From a candidate division WWE3 bacterium RAAC2_WWE3_1 (GTDB lineage: Bacteria > Patescibacteriota > WWE3 > UBA101185 > UBA10185): DNA of 64,000 nucleotides. The notes under the pieces are model-generated. The model was not told where the DNA came from. It made no database searches and was given only the letters and a program-made list of their open reading frames with translations. The position numbers and the translations under genes were made by a program. The stretch's first letter is position 1. Every line of letters starts with the position of its first letter. Below are positions 26,811-37,510 of the stretch, in pieces. Where the stretch lies: the NCBI GenBank assembly GCA_000503835.1, contig CP006914.1, positions 303,341 to 367,340 on the forward strand, in the 5' to 3' direction.

Positions 26811-28253
26811 ATGTCTAAAAAAATCAGAACAATCGAACATTCCGCCCGTAAAAGCGTACACAAAAGTAAAATAGTGCCCATCAAAGGCATGCATTGCCGT
26901 TCCTGTGAAATCTTAATCGAAGATGAACTCCTAAAGGTACCCGGGGTTCATAAAGTTAACGTGAGCGAGAAAAAAGGAACCGCACACATATTCTATGACG
27001 GGGAAGTGGCCGACGAACATATTGAAAAAGCTGTGTACGACTGCGGTTATAGTATAGGTAAGGACTCTAAAAGCTGGGTCTCAAAAAACCCCGTAGATTA
27101 CGAGGATTTGATCAAAGCCGGTATTGCTCTGGCTTTTGTCTACTTTATTGCAAAAGGATTAGGATTTTTTAATATTTCTTTTGGCTCGACGAACGATCTT
27201 ACGAGTCTTTCCGTTGTCTTTTTGGTGGGACTCACCGCGGGTCTTTCTACATGCATGGCCTTGGTGGGAGGATTGGTTCTGGGAGTTTCCGCAAGATTCT
27301 CGGAGAAACACCCTTACGCAAATTCATTGCAAAAGTTTAAACCTCATCTTGTATTCAACGCGGGAAGAATCTTTTTCTTTGTGGTACTCGGGGGTTTAAT
27401 CGGATATTTCGGCTCTTTTTTACAGCTGGGACCTTCTTCAGTGGGTTTTTTAACTATTCTCGTAGGAATTGTGATGTTGCTGCTTGGCCTGCAAACAATC
27501 GGGATATTTCCATGGTTCGAAAGAATAAAGTTTACTTTGCCGAAAGGTCTTTATAAGCTGGCCGGGATCAATACTCAGAAAAAGGAAAAATACAGTAACG
27601 GGAGCTCTTTTGTTCTCGGCGGTCTGACTTTCTTTCTACCCTGCGGATTTACGCAGGCTATGCAACTTTACGCAATCTCCAGCGGCAGTATACTAACAGG
27701 AGCTTTAACGATGGGCGTTTTTGCGTTGGGTACAGCTCCCGGGCTTTTGAGCGTCGGCGGACTGACCGCCTTGATAAAAGGCGCGTTCGCCAAACCGTTC
27801 TTCAAGTTTGTCGGTCTGATGGTTATGGGCTTGTCCGTATTTAATATTTCAAACGGACTAAATCTTGCGGGAGTGACTCTTCCTGTATTTGGCGCCGTAA
27901 AAACTGTTTCCGCCACTCCGACGCCTGCCATATACGATCCTAACGTAACGCTGGAAAACGGTGTGCAGGTCGTGAGGATGGCACAAAATTACAACGGATA
28001 CTCACCACGGGCGTTTACCATACAAAAAGGAGTGCCTGTAAAATGGGTTATAACGTCCACAAATTCAAACTCTTGTGCGGCAAGTATTTTTTCTGCACAG
28101 CTTGGAATTAGACAATATCTGAAGCTAGGTGAAAATATTATTGAATTTACACCCACGGATACAGGAAGTATTAAATTTTCCTGCAGTATGGGAATGTACG
28201 TCGGCTCGTTTAACGTGGTTGACGCATCGGTCGCCGGTTCAAAGAACCGCTAG
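26811..28253 (+). CDS. HMA-domain membrane protein (DsbD_2/TauE-like core) with C-terminal cupredoxin-like periplasmic domain
   Basis: N-terminal GMHCRSCE heavy-metal-associated motif, ~8 TM helices, then a C-terminal ~120-aa soluble domain ending FSCSMGMYVGSF (Cys/Met metal site). Confidence 0.55.
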   Translation: MSKKIRTIEHSARKSVHKSKIVPIKGMHCRSCEILIEDELLKVPGVHKVNVSEKKGTAHIFYDGEVADEHIEKAVYDCGYSIGKDSKSWVSKNPVDYEDLIKAGIALAFVYFIAKGLGFFNISFGSTNDLTSLSVVFLVGLTAGLSTCMALVGGLVLGVSARFSEKHPYANSLQKFKPHLVFNAGRIFFFVVLGGLIGYFGSFLQLGPSSVGFLTILVGIVMLLLGLQTIGIFPWFERIKFTLPKGLYKLAGINTQKKEKYSNGSSFVLGGLTFFLPCGFTQAMQLYAISSGSILTGALTMGVFALGTAPGLLSVGGLTALIKGAFAKPFFKFVGLMVMGLSVFNISNGLNLAGVTLPVFGAVKTVSATPTPAIYDPNVTLENGVQVVRMAQNYNGYSPRAFTIQKGVPVKWVITSTNSNSCAASIFSAQLGIRQYLKLGENIIEFTPTDTGSIKFSCSMGMYVGSFNVVDASVAGSKNR

Positions 28254-28275
28254 TGCCGGAGATGGAAAAATAATT

Positions 28276-28491
28276 ATGAACTATAAAATACAGCTGGAAA
28301 ATTTGCACTGCAATTCCTGCAAGAAAATTGCAGAAAAAAGACTCGGAAAAATAGAAGGAGTTACGTCCGTTGAAGTAACTATGGAAGATCAGACTGCGCT
28401 TGTACATACCGAACAACCTTTAAGTCTGTTGCAGACAGAGGACGCTCTGAAGGATACCGACTATAAAGTTACGGCTTTTACCGAGATCTAA
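28276..28491 (+). CDS. copZ: Copper chaperone CopZ-like (single HMA domain)
   Basis: Start at ATG 28276 ([17 protein letters not shown]), giving 71 aa. The ORF-track start at 28129 includes untranslatable upstream sequence. Confidence 0.7.
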   Translation: MNYKIQLENLHCNSCKKIAEKRLGKIEGVTSVEVTMEDQTALVHTEQPLSLLQTEDALKDTDYKVTAFTEI

Positions 28492-28492
28492 T

Positions 28493-31231
28493 ATGCAAAA
28501 GTTATTAAAACTAAAAATTGAAGGAATGCATTGCGCTTCCTGCGAAACTCTAATAAGGGATGAGCTGAGTGAACTCAAAGGCGTAAGCGACATAAAAGTT
28601 GACGCAAACCTGGGGGAGGGAAGTGTGTTGCTTGAGACCGACACCAATAGCATAGCTGACGTTTTGTCTGCGGTAGAAAAAGCCGGTTACAAAGCTGTGG
28701 CGGATGAGTCCGCCCGGGAAGCTGTGAAAAGTGATTCCGCTGTAATAGAACCGTCCGGCATACAACCCGCAACCGCTGCCACCAACCTGACATCAACTGC
28801 GGAACGTCCGAAAGGAATAAACAGAATTTCACTGGACATAGAAGGCATGCACTGTTCCTCATGCGCCGCGATAATCGAGAAATCCTTAAGCAAGGTCGAT
28901 GGAGTTAAAGATGCTAATGTGAATTTTGCCGCCGAGAAAGCAAGCGTGGTGATGGACGAATCGGTGGCTGATAAAAATTTACTATTAAAAGCCGTAGAAA
29001 AAGCCGGTTATAAGGCTTCAGTGTCCCAACAAAACCAGTCGGACAGTGATAAAGAAAAACAACAAAATCATATAAAAGTTATGTTCGACAAATTTCTGAT
29101 TAGCCTTGCTCTGAGTATCCCCATGATCTATTTCATGATGTTCGATTTTTTTGTAAATTTTCCCGGACGTGCGATGTTGTTGCCTTATGTTGGAATAATA
29201 TCTTTCATACTTACAACCCCGGTTCAGTTCATCATAGGAAAAGGTTTCTATAAAGGAATGTTCTCAGCCCTCAGAATGAAGACTTTTAACATGGACAGTT
29301 TGATAGCTATCGGTACGTCGGTCGCATATTTTTATAGTGTCATTAACTTCACAGCTTACTATCTGGCGACAAAATCCATAATAGGTGTGGGTGGAGTAAA
29401 GATTCCCGAACTATACTTTGAAACCGCTGCCTTTTTGATAACGTTTGTTATCTTAGGTAAATGGCTTGAGGCAAAAGCTAAAGGAAGGACGTCGGACGCC
29501 ATAAAAAAACTTATGGGTCTGCAGGCCAAAACGGCCAGAGTTGTCCGAAACGGGTTCACGGAGGATATTCCTACGGGTCAAGTCGTGGTTGGTGATATTG
29601 TTGTGGTCAGGCCGGGAGAAAAAGTCCCTGTTGACGGTGAAGTGGTAAAAGGCTCGTCTGCCGTCGATGAATCGATGATTACGGGAGAAAGCCTGCCCGT
29701 CGAAAAACGTGAGGGTGATACGGTCGTAGGAGGAACAATAAATAAAACGGGGAGTTTTGAATTTAAGGCTACGCGTGTCGGTTCCGAAACTACACTTTCT
29801 CAAATAATACGTTTAGTTGAGGATGCGCAGGGGTCGAAAGCACCAATTCAGGCAGTAGCCGATAAAATTTCGGCCGTTTTCGTTCCGACGGTTCTTATAC
29901 TGGCCGTTGTAACATTTGTAGTCTGGTACTTCATGCTCGATGCGACCTTATCTTTTTCCCTAATGGCGTTCACATCAGTAATTGTTATCGCGTGTCCGTG
30001 CGCACTGGGACTCGCCACACCTACATCAATTATGGTCGGAACAGGCAAGGGGGCTGAGAACGGCATACTCGTTAAGGGAGGGGAGCCTCTGGAATCTGCC
30101 GTTAAGATAAAAATTATTGTTTTCGATAAGACCGGAACGATCACAAAAGGTAAACCCGAGGTAACCGACACAATAAGTTTTGATTCACTAAATGAAAGGG
30201 ACCTCTTACAAATCGCCGCAAGTCTGGAAAAACAATCGGAACATCCTCTAGCCGAGGCTATATATACCCACGCACAGGATGAAGGCCTAAGCTTTAGCGA
30301 GGTTTCAGCTTTTAAAGCTATTCCGGGGCACGGCGTTGAAGGAACGATAGCCGGCACGACCTACTATTTCGGCAACAGAAAACTAATTAATGACGTACTA
30401 AACCTCCCCACATCTCTGATAGAACCGCAACTTTCCGGGCTGGAAGAACAGGGCAAGACTGCGATGATTCTTGCCACAAAAGGCTCGGTTCTCGGAACAG
30501 TGGCGGTGGCCGATACTGTTAAAGACACATCAAAAGAAGCTGTGGACAGATTAAAAAAGCTCGGTATCGAGGTTTACATGATAACCGGCGATAACGAACG
30601 AACCGCCAGGGCAATTGCGGCACAGGTAGGAATCATAAATGTTCTCGCTGAAGTTTTGCCCGAAGATAAAGCGAATGAAGTTAAAAAACTACAGATGACC
30701 GGGAAAAAAGTAGCGATGGTAGGTGATGGAATTAACGACGCCCCGGCACTTGCCCAGGCAAATTTAGGAATAGCCATGGGTTCAGGTACGGACGTTGCCA
30801 TGGAAGCTGGGGGAATAGTAATAATAAGAAACGATCTGAGGGATGTTGTTAATGCGATCGACCTGTCTAAAGCAACCGTAGGTAAAATTAAACAGAACAT
30901 GTTCTTTGCCCTGTTCTACAATGTGATAGGAATTCCGATAGCCGCACGTGTATTTATCAGCCTAGGATTAGTTCTAAAACCCGAGCTTGCGGGTCTTGCA
31001 ATGGCATTAAGTTCCATCTCGGTCGTTACTAACTCATTGACCCTGCGCGGATACAAACCCGGAAAACGAAACTGGATCTCGACACTAGCTCCGATAATAA
31101 TGATTGCCCTATTTACGGGGCTATTCTTTGAATTTGCAAAGTTCAGTTCTTCTATGGCGAAACCCGCCGAGGGCGCGAACGGCATGAAGCAGTTAGACGT
31201 ACCGTCCGCCGAAATGCAGAGCGGCCGCTAG
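28493..31231 (+). CDS. copA: Cu(I)-translocating P1B-1 ATPase CopA with two N-terminal HMA domains
   Basis: GMHCASCE and [13 protein letters not shown] motif ([12 protein letters not shown]), [17 protein letters not shown]. Confidence 0.9.
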   Translation: MQKLLKLKIEGMHCASCETLIRDELSELKGVSDIKVDANLGEGSVLLETDTNSIADVLSAVEKAGYKAVADESAREAVKSDSAVIEPSGIQPATAATNLTSTAERPKGINRISLDIEGMHCSSCAAIIEKSLSKVDGVKDANVNFAAEKASVVMDESVADKNLLLKAVEKAGYKASVSQQNQSDSDKEKQQNHIKVMFDKFLISLALSIPMIYFMMFDFFVNFPGRAMLLPYVGIISFILTTPVQFIIGKGFYKGMFSALRMKTFNMDSLIAIGTSVAYFYSVINFTAYYLATKSIIGVGGVKIPELYFETAAFLITFVILGKWLEAKAKGRTSDAIKKLMGLQAKTARVVRNGFTEDIPTGQVVVGDIVVVRPGEKVPVDGEVVKGSSAVDESMITGESLPVEKREGDTVVGGTINKTGSFEFKATRVGSETTLSQIIRLVEDAQGSKAPIQAVADKISAVFVPTVLILAVVTFVVWYFMLDATLSFSLMAFTSVIVIACPCALGLATPTSIMVGTGKGAENGILVKGGEPLESAVKIKIIVFDKTGTITKGKPEVTDTISFDSLNERDLLQIAASLEKQSEHPLAEAIYTHAQDEGLSFSEVSAFKAIPGHGVEGTIAGTTYYFGNRKLINDVLNLPTSLIEPQLSGLEEQGKTAMILATKGSVLGTVAVADTVKDTSKEAVDRLKKLGIEVYMITGDNERTARAIAAQVGIINVLAEVLPEDKANEVKKLQMTGKKVAMVGDGINDAPALAQANLGIAMGSGTDVAMEAGGIVIIRNDLRDVVNAIDLSKATVGKIKQNMFFALFYNVIGIPIAARVFISLGLVLKPELAGLAMALSSISVVTNSLTLRGYKPGKRNWISTLAPIIMIALFTGLFFEFAKFSSSMAKPAEGANGMKQLDVPSAEMQSGR

Positions 31232-31276
31232 CTTTTGCAGAGTCAGGCGGGGTGGGTATGGTGATACAATAAAGAC

Positions 31277-31594
31277 ATGCTAAACAAGTTCTCAGCACCG
31301 TTTCTGGCTTTTTTACAGGCAAGTGCTTTGGTGACCTACCTAATTCTAATTTCCTTCTTTTTTAACTTCGTAACCCCGTTGTTTAATAACAAAACCGGCG
31401 AATTTTATGCGCCGATAATAATGCTTCTTCTATTCGTATTCTCCGCGCTTATTTCCGGAATGATGATACTCGGAAGGGCAGGAGTACTTTTTTGGGAAAA
31501 GAAATACAAAGAATCTTTCACATTATTAGGGTGGACAACTGTCTGGGGATTTTTTTACTTTGTTATGATGTTGTACCTTCTGCAATTTAAGTAA
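31277..31594 (+). CDS. Small membrane protein (105 aa)
   Basis: 3 hydrophobic helices. Confidence 0.4.
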   Translation: MLNKFSAPFLAFLQASALVTYLILISFFFNFVTPLFNNKTGEFYAPIIMLLLFVFSALISGMMILGRAGVLFWEKKYKESFTLLGWTTVWGFFYFVMMLYLLQFK

Positions 31595-31697
31595 ACCGGA
31601 TAAAAAACAATCCGCGTTGCTTTACTTTTCCGGAAATTTTTATAATACTATAAGTATAGTGAATATAAATATTCATGAAGTTTAGTTAGTAGTATTG

Positions 31698-31725
31698 AAT
31701 CCGCTTTAATGCGGATTTTTTTTAT
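31698..31725 (+). terminator. Rho-independent terminator
   Basis: AATCCGC-TTTAAT-GCGGATT followed by TTTTTTT. Confidence 0.6.
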
Positions 31726-31755
31726 TTATTTCTTGGATTGGGAGGTGAATAGGTT

Positions 31756-32775
31756 ATGAAGAAATTATTGTTTTTTGTAGTTACATTTATCGCCGTTTTC
31801 GCTGTGAGCGTACACCCAGCAGTAGCAGCGAAGCCTTTAGATAACTGCCATTACGTGGTAGACGGTAATATACCTTATCCCGCAGGACACACCCTAGCCG
31901 ACGATTACATAACAACCGGATACGATATTTTTGGGTACAACTACCAAGCTCATGTATTCAACGGTACTTACGCGAATGCGTATCTTGGTAGATCTGGTTT
32001 TCCTCCTTATACAGGAGAAGATGAATCTTATCTTCTTGCGAATCCTACAGCAAAAACCACGTGGATGTGGCCCTTCAGAAATGTGAACCTGCAAATGAAA
32101 TGGAACGACGCTTGGCTAGCTAACAAGGACTGTGGACCCGACGGTACACTTGATCGACCCGACCCAGTGTTAGGTTCCGGTGCTTGGTTAACTAATCACG
32201 CAACGGGTACTTATACCAGCTCAACAGACTATAGATGGGATATTTCTGGTACCTGGCTACTTGATTTTGCCGGAGGTACTGATAACAGAGAATTCCGTAG
32301 CTTAGTTCAAGATGTTGATGGTAATGTAACAGGAGAATTTTGGTGGCTAAATGGAGCCAACTTTGAGTATGGCGGAACGTTGGAAGGTACTTTAGTGGAT
32401 GATACTTTAACCCTACATTACGTAAGACCTGCTCCTTATACGTATTTTGGAGATTTTGTGGGTACTGTAGGTGTTGATGAAATAACCGCTGGCTCCTTTA
32501 GTGATAGTGATGGTAATGACTTACTTTGGACAGCAACCGGAGCATCGCAGCAAGTCTATGATACCTGTACAGTCAGCGATTTTGTGAAAATAATCGCTCC
32601 TCCATTAGATGCTAAAGTATTTGGTAGTAAGTGGTACACAGTTGACAATGCTGAGATCGGCCCTGTTATTTGGGGTGATTTTGCTATTATTCAGGAAATA
32701 GCGAGCGATCCTTGTGGAGAGTATGGGGTTATTGACTATATGAGCCCTTTAAGAAAAGGTCTTGGTAATTGGTAA
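31756..32775 (+). CDS. Secreted hypothetical protein (339 aa, Sec signal peptide, Trp/Gly/Tyr-rich)
   Basis: SD GGGAGGTGA. Signal peptide MKKLLFFVVTFIAVFAVSVHPAVAA. Confidence 0.55.
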   Translation: MKKLLFFVVTFIAVFAVSVHPAVAAKPLDNCHYVVDGNIPYPAGHTLADDYITTGYDIFGYNYQAHVFNGTYANAYLGRSGFPPYTGEDESYLLANPTAKTTWMWPFRNVNLQMKWNDAWLANKDCGPDGTLDRPDPVLGSGAWLTNHATGTYTSSTDYRWDISGTWLLDFAGGTDNREFRSLVQDVDGNVTGEFWWLNGANFEYGGTLEGTLVDDTLTLHYVRPAPYTYFGDFVGTVGVDEITAGSFSDSDGNDLLWTATGASQQVYDTCTVSDFVKIIAPPLDAKVFGSKWYTVDNAEIGPVIWGDFAIIQEIASDPCGEYGVIDYMSPLRKGLGNW

Positions 32776-32927
32776 TAGTTTTTAGGAAACAAGTGATAAC
32801 AGCAACCCATCGGAAACGGTGGGTTGTTTGTATTATTTTATTAACAAGCGTTAAATAAGTTCCCACTAGTCACCGTACTGCTGCTAAGTAATCTACGCCA
32901 CTTGACGTTATATGTACATTTTTGTAG

Positions 32928-33449
32928 TTGTTAAATTTGAAAAAGAATGTTTCTGGAAAAGATATTGTTATTGAAACGATGCCCTTTCCAAACGAACTTA
33001 AGGCATGGTGTTATGCACACACTGAATTTTTGGCGGTTTTAAAAAATGTATATTTAGCAAAATTCATCTCTCTTAATGCAATCGCGACCTCGTACCCAAC
33101 ACAATCCCCACAGGACCAGGTTATCGGTGTTTATACACACGACTGTATTAGAAAAAACCCTATATTTAAACAAGACTTTATCGTAAATAAGGAATTTACC
33201 CTATATACTATAAATAAAAACGGAAATAACAGTAAATATGTCAAAGATATTAGTAGGTTTTATCAAAAAAATGGTACCACCGGTGATTGTGTAAATAGCC
33301 ACCATTTAACACTAGATCAATTACCGGAAGAATTAAGACCTAGGGGAATACATGCGATTGATCTGGCAAATAAAATAGTCGCAAAAGGCACTGTAAGAAA
33401 AACCTCAAAGAAATTAATAGAGATAAAAAAGAATCCCACAACGATGTAA
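32928..33449 (+). CDS. Hypothetical protein (173 aa)
   Basis: ORF only. The start is uncertain. Confidence 0.35.
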   Translation: MLNLKKNVSGKDIVIETMPFPNELKAWCYAHTEFLAVLKNVYLAKFISLNAIATSYPTQSPQDQVIGVYTHDCIRKNPIFKQDFIVNKEFTLYTINKNGNNSKYVKDISRFYQKNGTTGDCVNSHHLTLDQLPEELRPRGIHAIDLANKIVAKGTVRKTSKKLIEIKKNPTTM

Positions 33450-33520
33450 TAGAATTAAAATAATGTTTTAGAAAGACAACTACCAATAACAAGCCTATAA
33501 TTAATACAACAGAGAAGGGA

Positions 33521-33742
33521 GTGAACATGCTCACGTTACAATGGCGGATAGTTTACGAGAAAGAGTGCGGGGATATGGGAGAAGACTGTTTAGAAGTGAC
33601 GGATCGTGATTTCAACATGGTTTTCTCTGCATACTCGCAGAAGTTGAAAGAACTTTCCGCTAAAACAATCGTTGTAAGTGAATTTTTGGGAGCAAAAGAA
33701 ACAGAGAGCGCTGTTGCTAATGAGCCGGTTTACAGCACATAG
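33521..33742 (+). CDS. Small hypothetical protein (~72 aa)
   Basis: SD GAGAAGGGAG upstream. Confidence 0.4.
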   Translation: MNMLTLQWRIVYEKECGDMGEDCLEVTDRDFNMVFSAYSQKLKELSAKTIVVSEFLGAKETESAVANEPVYST

Positions 33743-33744
33743 CA

Positions 33745-33785
33745 CGAAAAACCACCTTTAATTAAGTCAAAAGGTGGTTTTTTCT
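33745..33785. terminator. Bidirectional terminator hairpin
   Basis: AAAACCACCTTT ... AAAGGTGGTTTT stem (12 bp) between convergent genes. Confidence 0.55.
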
Positions 33786-33797
33786 TTATATACTCGC

Positions 33798-34046
33798 TTA
33801 ACCGCGAATGAGTCGTCCTAAGGCAATTAGGACAACTGCTCCGATTATGGCAACGAAGAAGCTATAGAGATTAAATCCCGTAACTCCTGACTGTCCGAGC
33901 ATGTTCATGAGGTAACCTCCGACGACAGCCCCGACTACTCCCAAAAGTATGTCTAGCAACGTCCCCTGATTACGGTCTGTTTTCATCAGAATAGACGCGA
34001 TCCATCCCGCTAAACCTCCGAAAATTATCCAAAGTAAAATACCCAT
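33798..34046 (-). CDS. GlsB/YeaQ/YmgE-family small membrane protein (transglycosylase-associated)
   Basis: MGILLWIIFGGLAGWIASILM..., typical of the family, 82 aa. Confidence 0.6.
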   Translation of the reverse strand: MGILLWIIFGGLAGWIASILMKTDRNQGTLLDILLGVVGAVVGGYLMNMLGQSGVTGFNLYSFFVAIIGAVVLIALGRLIRG

Positions 34047-34124
34047 ATTCTTTCACCACCTTAGATTTACAAATTTATATATGTTACGTCTGATTGTTTT
34101 TCTTCAAGTCAGACCGATGCTTTA

Positions 34125-34373
34125 TTATTGCGCCGGTGTTGTGGGTGTCGTTTCTACCTTTATAGTGTCGGGTAGAACTACCTGAGGTGCTGGAACGTTC
34201 ACTTGAAGCGGTCCCATATTTTTAATGGCCGGAATTCCAAAATACAAAACTATTCCCAGAAATACCACAATTATTACTGCGCCAAGAAAAAATCCTGTAC
34301 CGCTGCTGTCTTCTCTTTCTATAACCGGAACTGTAGCTCCCTGCGGAGCCTGATTATTTACTACTGTCGTCAT
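34125..34373 (-). CDS. Small membrane protein (82 aa)
   Basis: One TM helix, proline-rich C-terminus. Confidence 0.4.
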   Translation of the reverse strand: MTTVVNNQAPQGATVPVIEREDSSGTGFFLGAVIIVVFLGIVLYFGIPAIKNMGPLQVNVPAPQVVLPDTIKVETTPTTPAQ

Positions 34374-34443
34374 ATGTCTTTCACCTCATTCTTACTTACA
34401 AATTGTTACCACTCGTCCCGTATACCCTGACTATGTGTTTTAG

Positions 34444-34629
34444 TTAATGATTAAAATCTACTTCGATATCGGCCTTTTTGATTATAGTTTCTTTGGGAAG
34501 ATAGTTGATCAGGGCTTTCTCAACAAGCGTGGTCAAAGTCAAATCTTCTAAGATAGCCTGGGCTCTTGCAAATTTAACTAGCGAGGGTCTGATAAAAAGT
34601 GTGATTCGTTGTAGATCTTTAGTTGTCAT
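34444..34629 (-). CDS. Ribbon-helix-helix (CopG/antitoxin-like) DNA-binding protein, 61 aa
   Basis: N-terminal beta-strand RITLFIRPSL followed by two predicted helices. No adjacent toxin partner. Confidence 0.4.
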   Translation of the reverse strand: MTTKDLQRITLFIRPSLVKFARAQAILEDLTLTTLVEKALINYLPKETIIKKADIEVDFNH

Positions 34630-34760
34630 ACTTCATACACTACACCTAGTTGTATTGGTTGTCAATGTTTTATTTGATAATTACGCCAAAAATACCAATT
34701 ATTAAGAAGCCTTAGTTTGAAAGATAAAAAAACTTCTAAAGATTAACCAGTTGCCGAATC

Positions 34761-35090
34761 TTATCTTAAAAACGAATTATCCTGTATAAACTTTTCCTGA
34801 CATCCGCGTGCACACAAATCGTTTTCCTTGCTAGTGCTACACGCACTAATACAGTTATTTAACGGTCTGAGCTTATCATCAAGGGTAGGGTCGACAAACA
34901 CAGCTATTACCGAAAAGTAAATAATTCCCAGTAATATGGGCAGGGCGGTGAGCGCCAGTTTTACCCGAAGTTTCCATTTAGGCCAGAACCACATGACTAT
35001 TATTCCAAGCGGGTAGAAAAATAGAAGAAGAAAAACTGTTACTTTATGAGCCTGTGTCGTTTCTTTTTTCTGAGTCGGTTTTGGTTCCAT
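34761..35090 (-). CDS. Membrane protein with Cys-rich C-terminal tail (109 aa)
   Basis: Two TM helices, CISACS...CARGCQEKF. Confidence 0.4.
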   Translation of the reverse strand: MEPKPTQKKETTQAHKVTVFLLLFFYPLGIIVMWFWPKWKLRVKLALTALPILLGIIYFSVIAVFVDPTLDDKLRPLNNCISACSTSKENDLCARGCQEKFIQDNSFLR

Positions 35091-35169
35091 GTTTAAAGTA
35101 TACTCACAAATAGTCTAATAAACTTACCCGATCCGAATGTACCACGCCGACAAAAAATATTAAACAAAC

Positions 35170-35415
35170 TCACTCCATCAAATCCTTTTTCTTCTCCTCG
35201 AACTCATTCTTGTCGATCTCGCCCTTTGCGTATCTTTCTTTGAGTATCTCGAGGGGTGTTTTACTTTTTGGACCGTCGTTTCGGTTATCCCTCTCAGACC
35301 TAAAAATAACCCGCACAACCTCAATGCCTCCGATGATCAGAAGGATCCAAAAAAGCAACATAAAGACCCACCCGAAAATGCCCCAATCCATCATGTTATA
35401 AAATCCGTACATCAT
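35170..35415 (-). CDS. SHOCT-domain membrane protein
   Basis: C-terminal LEILKERYAKGEIDKNEFEEKKKDL matches the SHOCT short C-terminal domain. N-terminal TM helix. Confidence 0.55.
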   Translation of the reverse strand: MMYGFYNMMDWGIFGWVFMLLFWILLIIGGIEVVRVIFRSERDNRNDGPKSKTPLEILKERYAKGEIDKNEFEEKKKDLME

Positions 35416-35495
35416 TCAGCTCACCTCCTTAAACTAATTTAAATTTAATACAAAACGTTCCAAACAACAACCGGTCTGAAACCGTTTCATAAATC

Positions 35496-36593
35496 TCAAA
35501 GTTTCTCCTTGTAAAACTCGACTGTCCTTTGCATCGCAATATCGTAGTAAGGAAATACAATGTTGTGTCCCCCGCCTTCGTATTCATAAACAGAATAATC
35601 TTTGCCTGCATTTTTTAGAACCTCTTCAAGATCTCTGGTGTAACCGATGTTTACAACGTTGTCATCGATGGCGTGGTGGATTTGCAATGCTCCGGATAAA
35701 TATTTTATGTTTTTTGTCAAAGATATAGCCGACCAAAAATCGTTTGAAAAATCAATCTTATCCGGCTCCGTTTTTATCTTTTGCACCTCGGCGGAAATTT
35801 CTCTGTTCTGCTCCTGTCTTCCTTCCCGCGTTTCGTAAGGTTTATGAACATAACTATTATCGCTTATTCCGTATTTTGCGAAATCTGCATAACTATAAAC
35901 TGCCCCTGCCCAAATTACTCCGGCCTTTATACCCTCAGAGACCAGCATTGACCTTAATACAACATTTCCACCCATGCTATGACCCCACATCCCTATCTTC
36001 TCAGCATTTATTACATCATATTTTTGCAGACTTTTTACCGCACTAACAGCGTCAATGGTGTAAGCCGAAGAAAAATACGAACCCGACGGATCGCCCTCCG
36101 ACCTCCCGTTCCCGCGAAAATCTATTTTAAACACCACGAACCCGTTTTTTGCCAGATAATCAACATAAGAAGCGTAGTTCTGTGTAGTGACATATTGGGT
36201 CGGGGGAATATACCCGTGATTAAAAACTATCGCGGGAAAGCCTTTATCCGGTGGGGTTTCTTTAGGAACTGTCAGCAAACCATAAACCTTATTTCCTTCA
36301 CTAGCGTAACTGGCTATGTATCTTTTGTAATTTGAACCGTCAGTCAGTTCTTCTTCTATAACAGGGGCGTCCGACTCTATTTTCTGAAATCTGAGATATC
36401 CGATACCGATGGGGGAGGGGTATATTTTATTTTCTTCAAAGCTTTTTGCGGCATTGATAAATGAAGGGACGGTGCCGGCCGCCTCCCGGTGAATATTCCT
36501 GAACCATAAAAAATACATAAGAAATATGGCGGCGGAGAATAAAAAGAGAAGGGCAATAATTTTTTTCATGTTCCGGAGCAAACATGCTAACAT
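35496..36593 (-). CDS. Secreted/anchored alpha/beta hydrolase (S9/dienelactone-hydrolase-like)
   Basis: Nucleophile elbow GHSMGG, N-terminal signal anchor. Confidence 0.6.
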   Translation of the reverse strand: MLACLLRNMKKIIALLFLFSAAIFLMYFLWFRNIHREAAGTVPSFINAAKSFEENKIYPSPIGIGYLRFQKIESDAPVIEEELTDGSNYKRYIASYASEGNKVYGLLTVPKETPPDKGFPAIVFNHGYIPPTQYVTTQNYASYVDYLAKNGFVVFKIDFRGNGRSEGDPSGSYFSSAYTIDAVSAVKSLQKYDVINAEKIGMWGHSMGGNVVLRSMLVSEGIKAGVIWAGAVYSYADFAKYGISDNSYVHKPYETREGRQEQNREISAEVQKIKTEPDKIDFSNDFWSAISLTKNIKYLSGALQIHHAIDDNVVNIGYTRDLEEVLKNAGKDYSVYEYEGGGHNIVFPYYDIAMQRTVEFYKEKL

Positions 36594-36661
36594 AATTTTT
36601 TGAAAAAGAAAAAGCTCCGGTTATGGACATGAACACCGGAGCTTCTAAAACACTTTCCTTT

Positions 36662-37369
36662 TCATTGACTTAGCTTTGCTTCAAGAGCGGGCAAAAAATA
36701 TTGCTCGAAGTAGAGATTACCGGGGTCAGTTTTACCTGAACCTTCCACCTCGTAGTGCCCAATGACGTTCTCGATCGGAATATCATACGTTTCCATGAGG
36801 GAAACTACCAGATCGATTGTCTGAGCCGTAATAATTTCGATGGACCGGACCATTTCGGGACCCGCATTACCGGTTATCATGTAGTTGTACGTCCGGCCGG
36901 CCATTTCGATTTGAATCGAGTGCTTGTCGTAGTCATACCCGGCACCCCTGCACTGGATTACTCCGGTGCGGTACATGGGCAAAAACTGACCAACGCCGTC
37001 CAAACCTACCCCGAAATGAGTTGAACGCCCGCCACTATTCCGTCCCGCCAGCCCGTTCCACGTGGTTGTTGAAACCCATCTTTCAGGTGTATTCCCGGAC
37101 TGATCGTCCGTATGGATAACAATGGTATCCGGAACAACCACCTTGTTTACATACGCAGTCTTGGGTAAAACTTTGTAGTAATCCCCGAAACAGATTTCCT
37201 CCGAGCCGGTTCGGCAGGGCTCCGGGGCGTAAACGGGAGCAGAGGTAGGTAAGCGGACTGCGGTAAAACCCCGCTCCTGTTCATACCCGTCAAACTGCGC
37301 TACTACGCCGCTACTCGACGCCATAACCGTTAAAAGAACAACTAACGAAACGATCAGTGTCTTGAACAT
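36662..37369 (-). CDS. N-acetylmuramoyl-L-alanine amidase, Amidase_2/PGRP family, secreted
   Basis: Signal peptide. C-terminal IGHYEVEGSGKTDPG block typical of zinc Amidase_2. Confidence 0.55.
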   Translation of the reverse strand: MFKTLIVSLVVLLTVMASSSGVVAQFDGYEQERGFTAVRLPTSAPVYAPEPCRTGSEEICFGDYYKVLPKTAYVNKVVVPDTIVIHTDDQSGNTPERWVSTTTWNGLAGRNSGGRSTHFGVGLDGVGQFLPMYRTGVIQCRGAGYDYDKHSIQIEMAGRTYNYMITGNAGPEMVRSIEIITAQTIDLVVSLMETYDIPIENVIGHYEVEGSGKTDPGNLYFEQYFLPALEAKLSQ

Positions 37370-37510
37370 ATCTTCCTCCCCATTCTCCGATTCAAGATTT
37401 TTAGTATCTCATAGTATATCAATAATACTAATGCGGGCAAGGGTTTTCTAAATCATAGTTTCGGGGTGACACCACGTAAAATACAAAACTTTTTCATGTA
37501 TAATCTAAGT

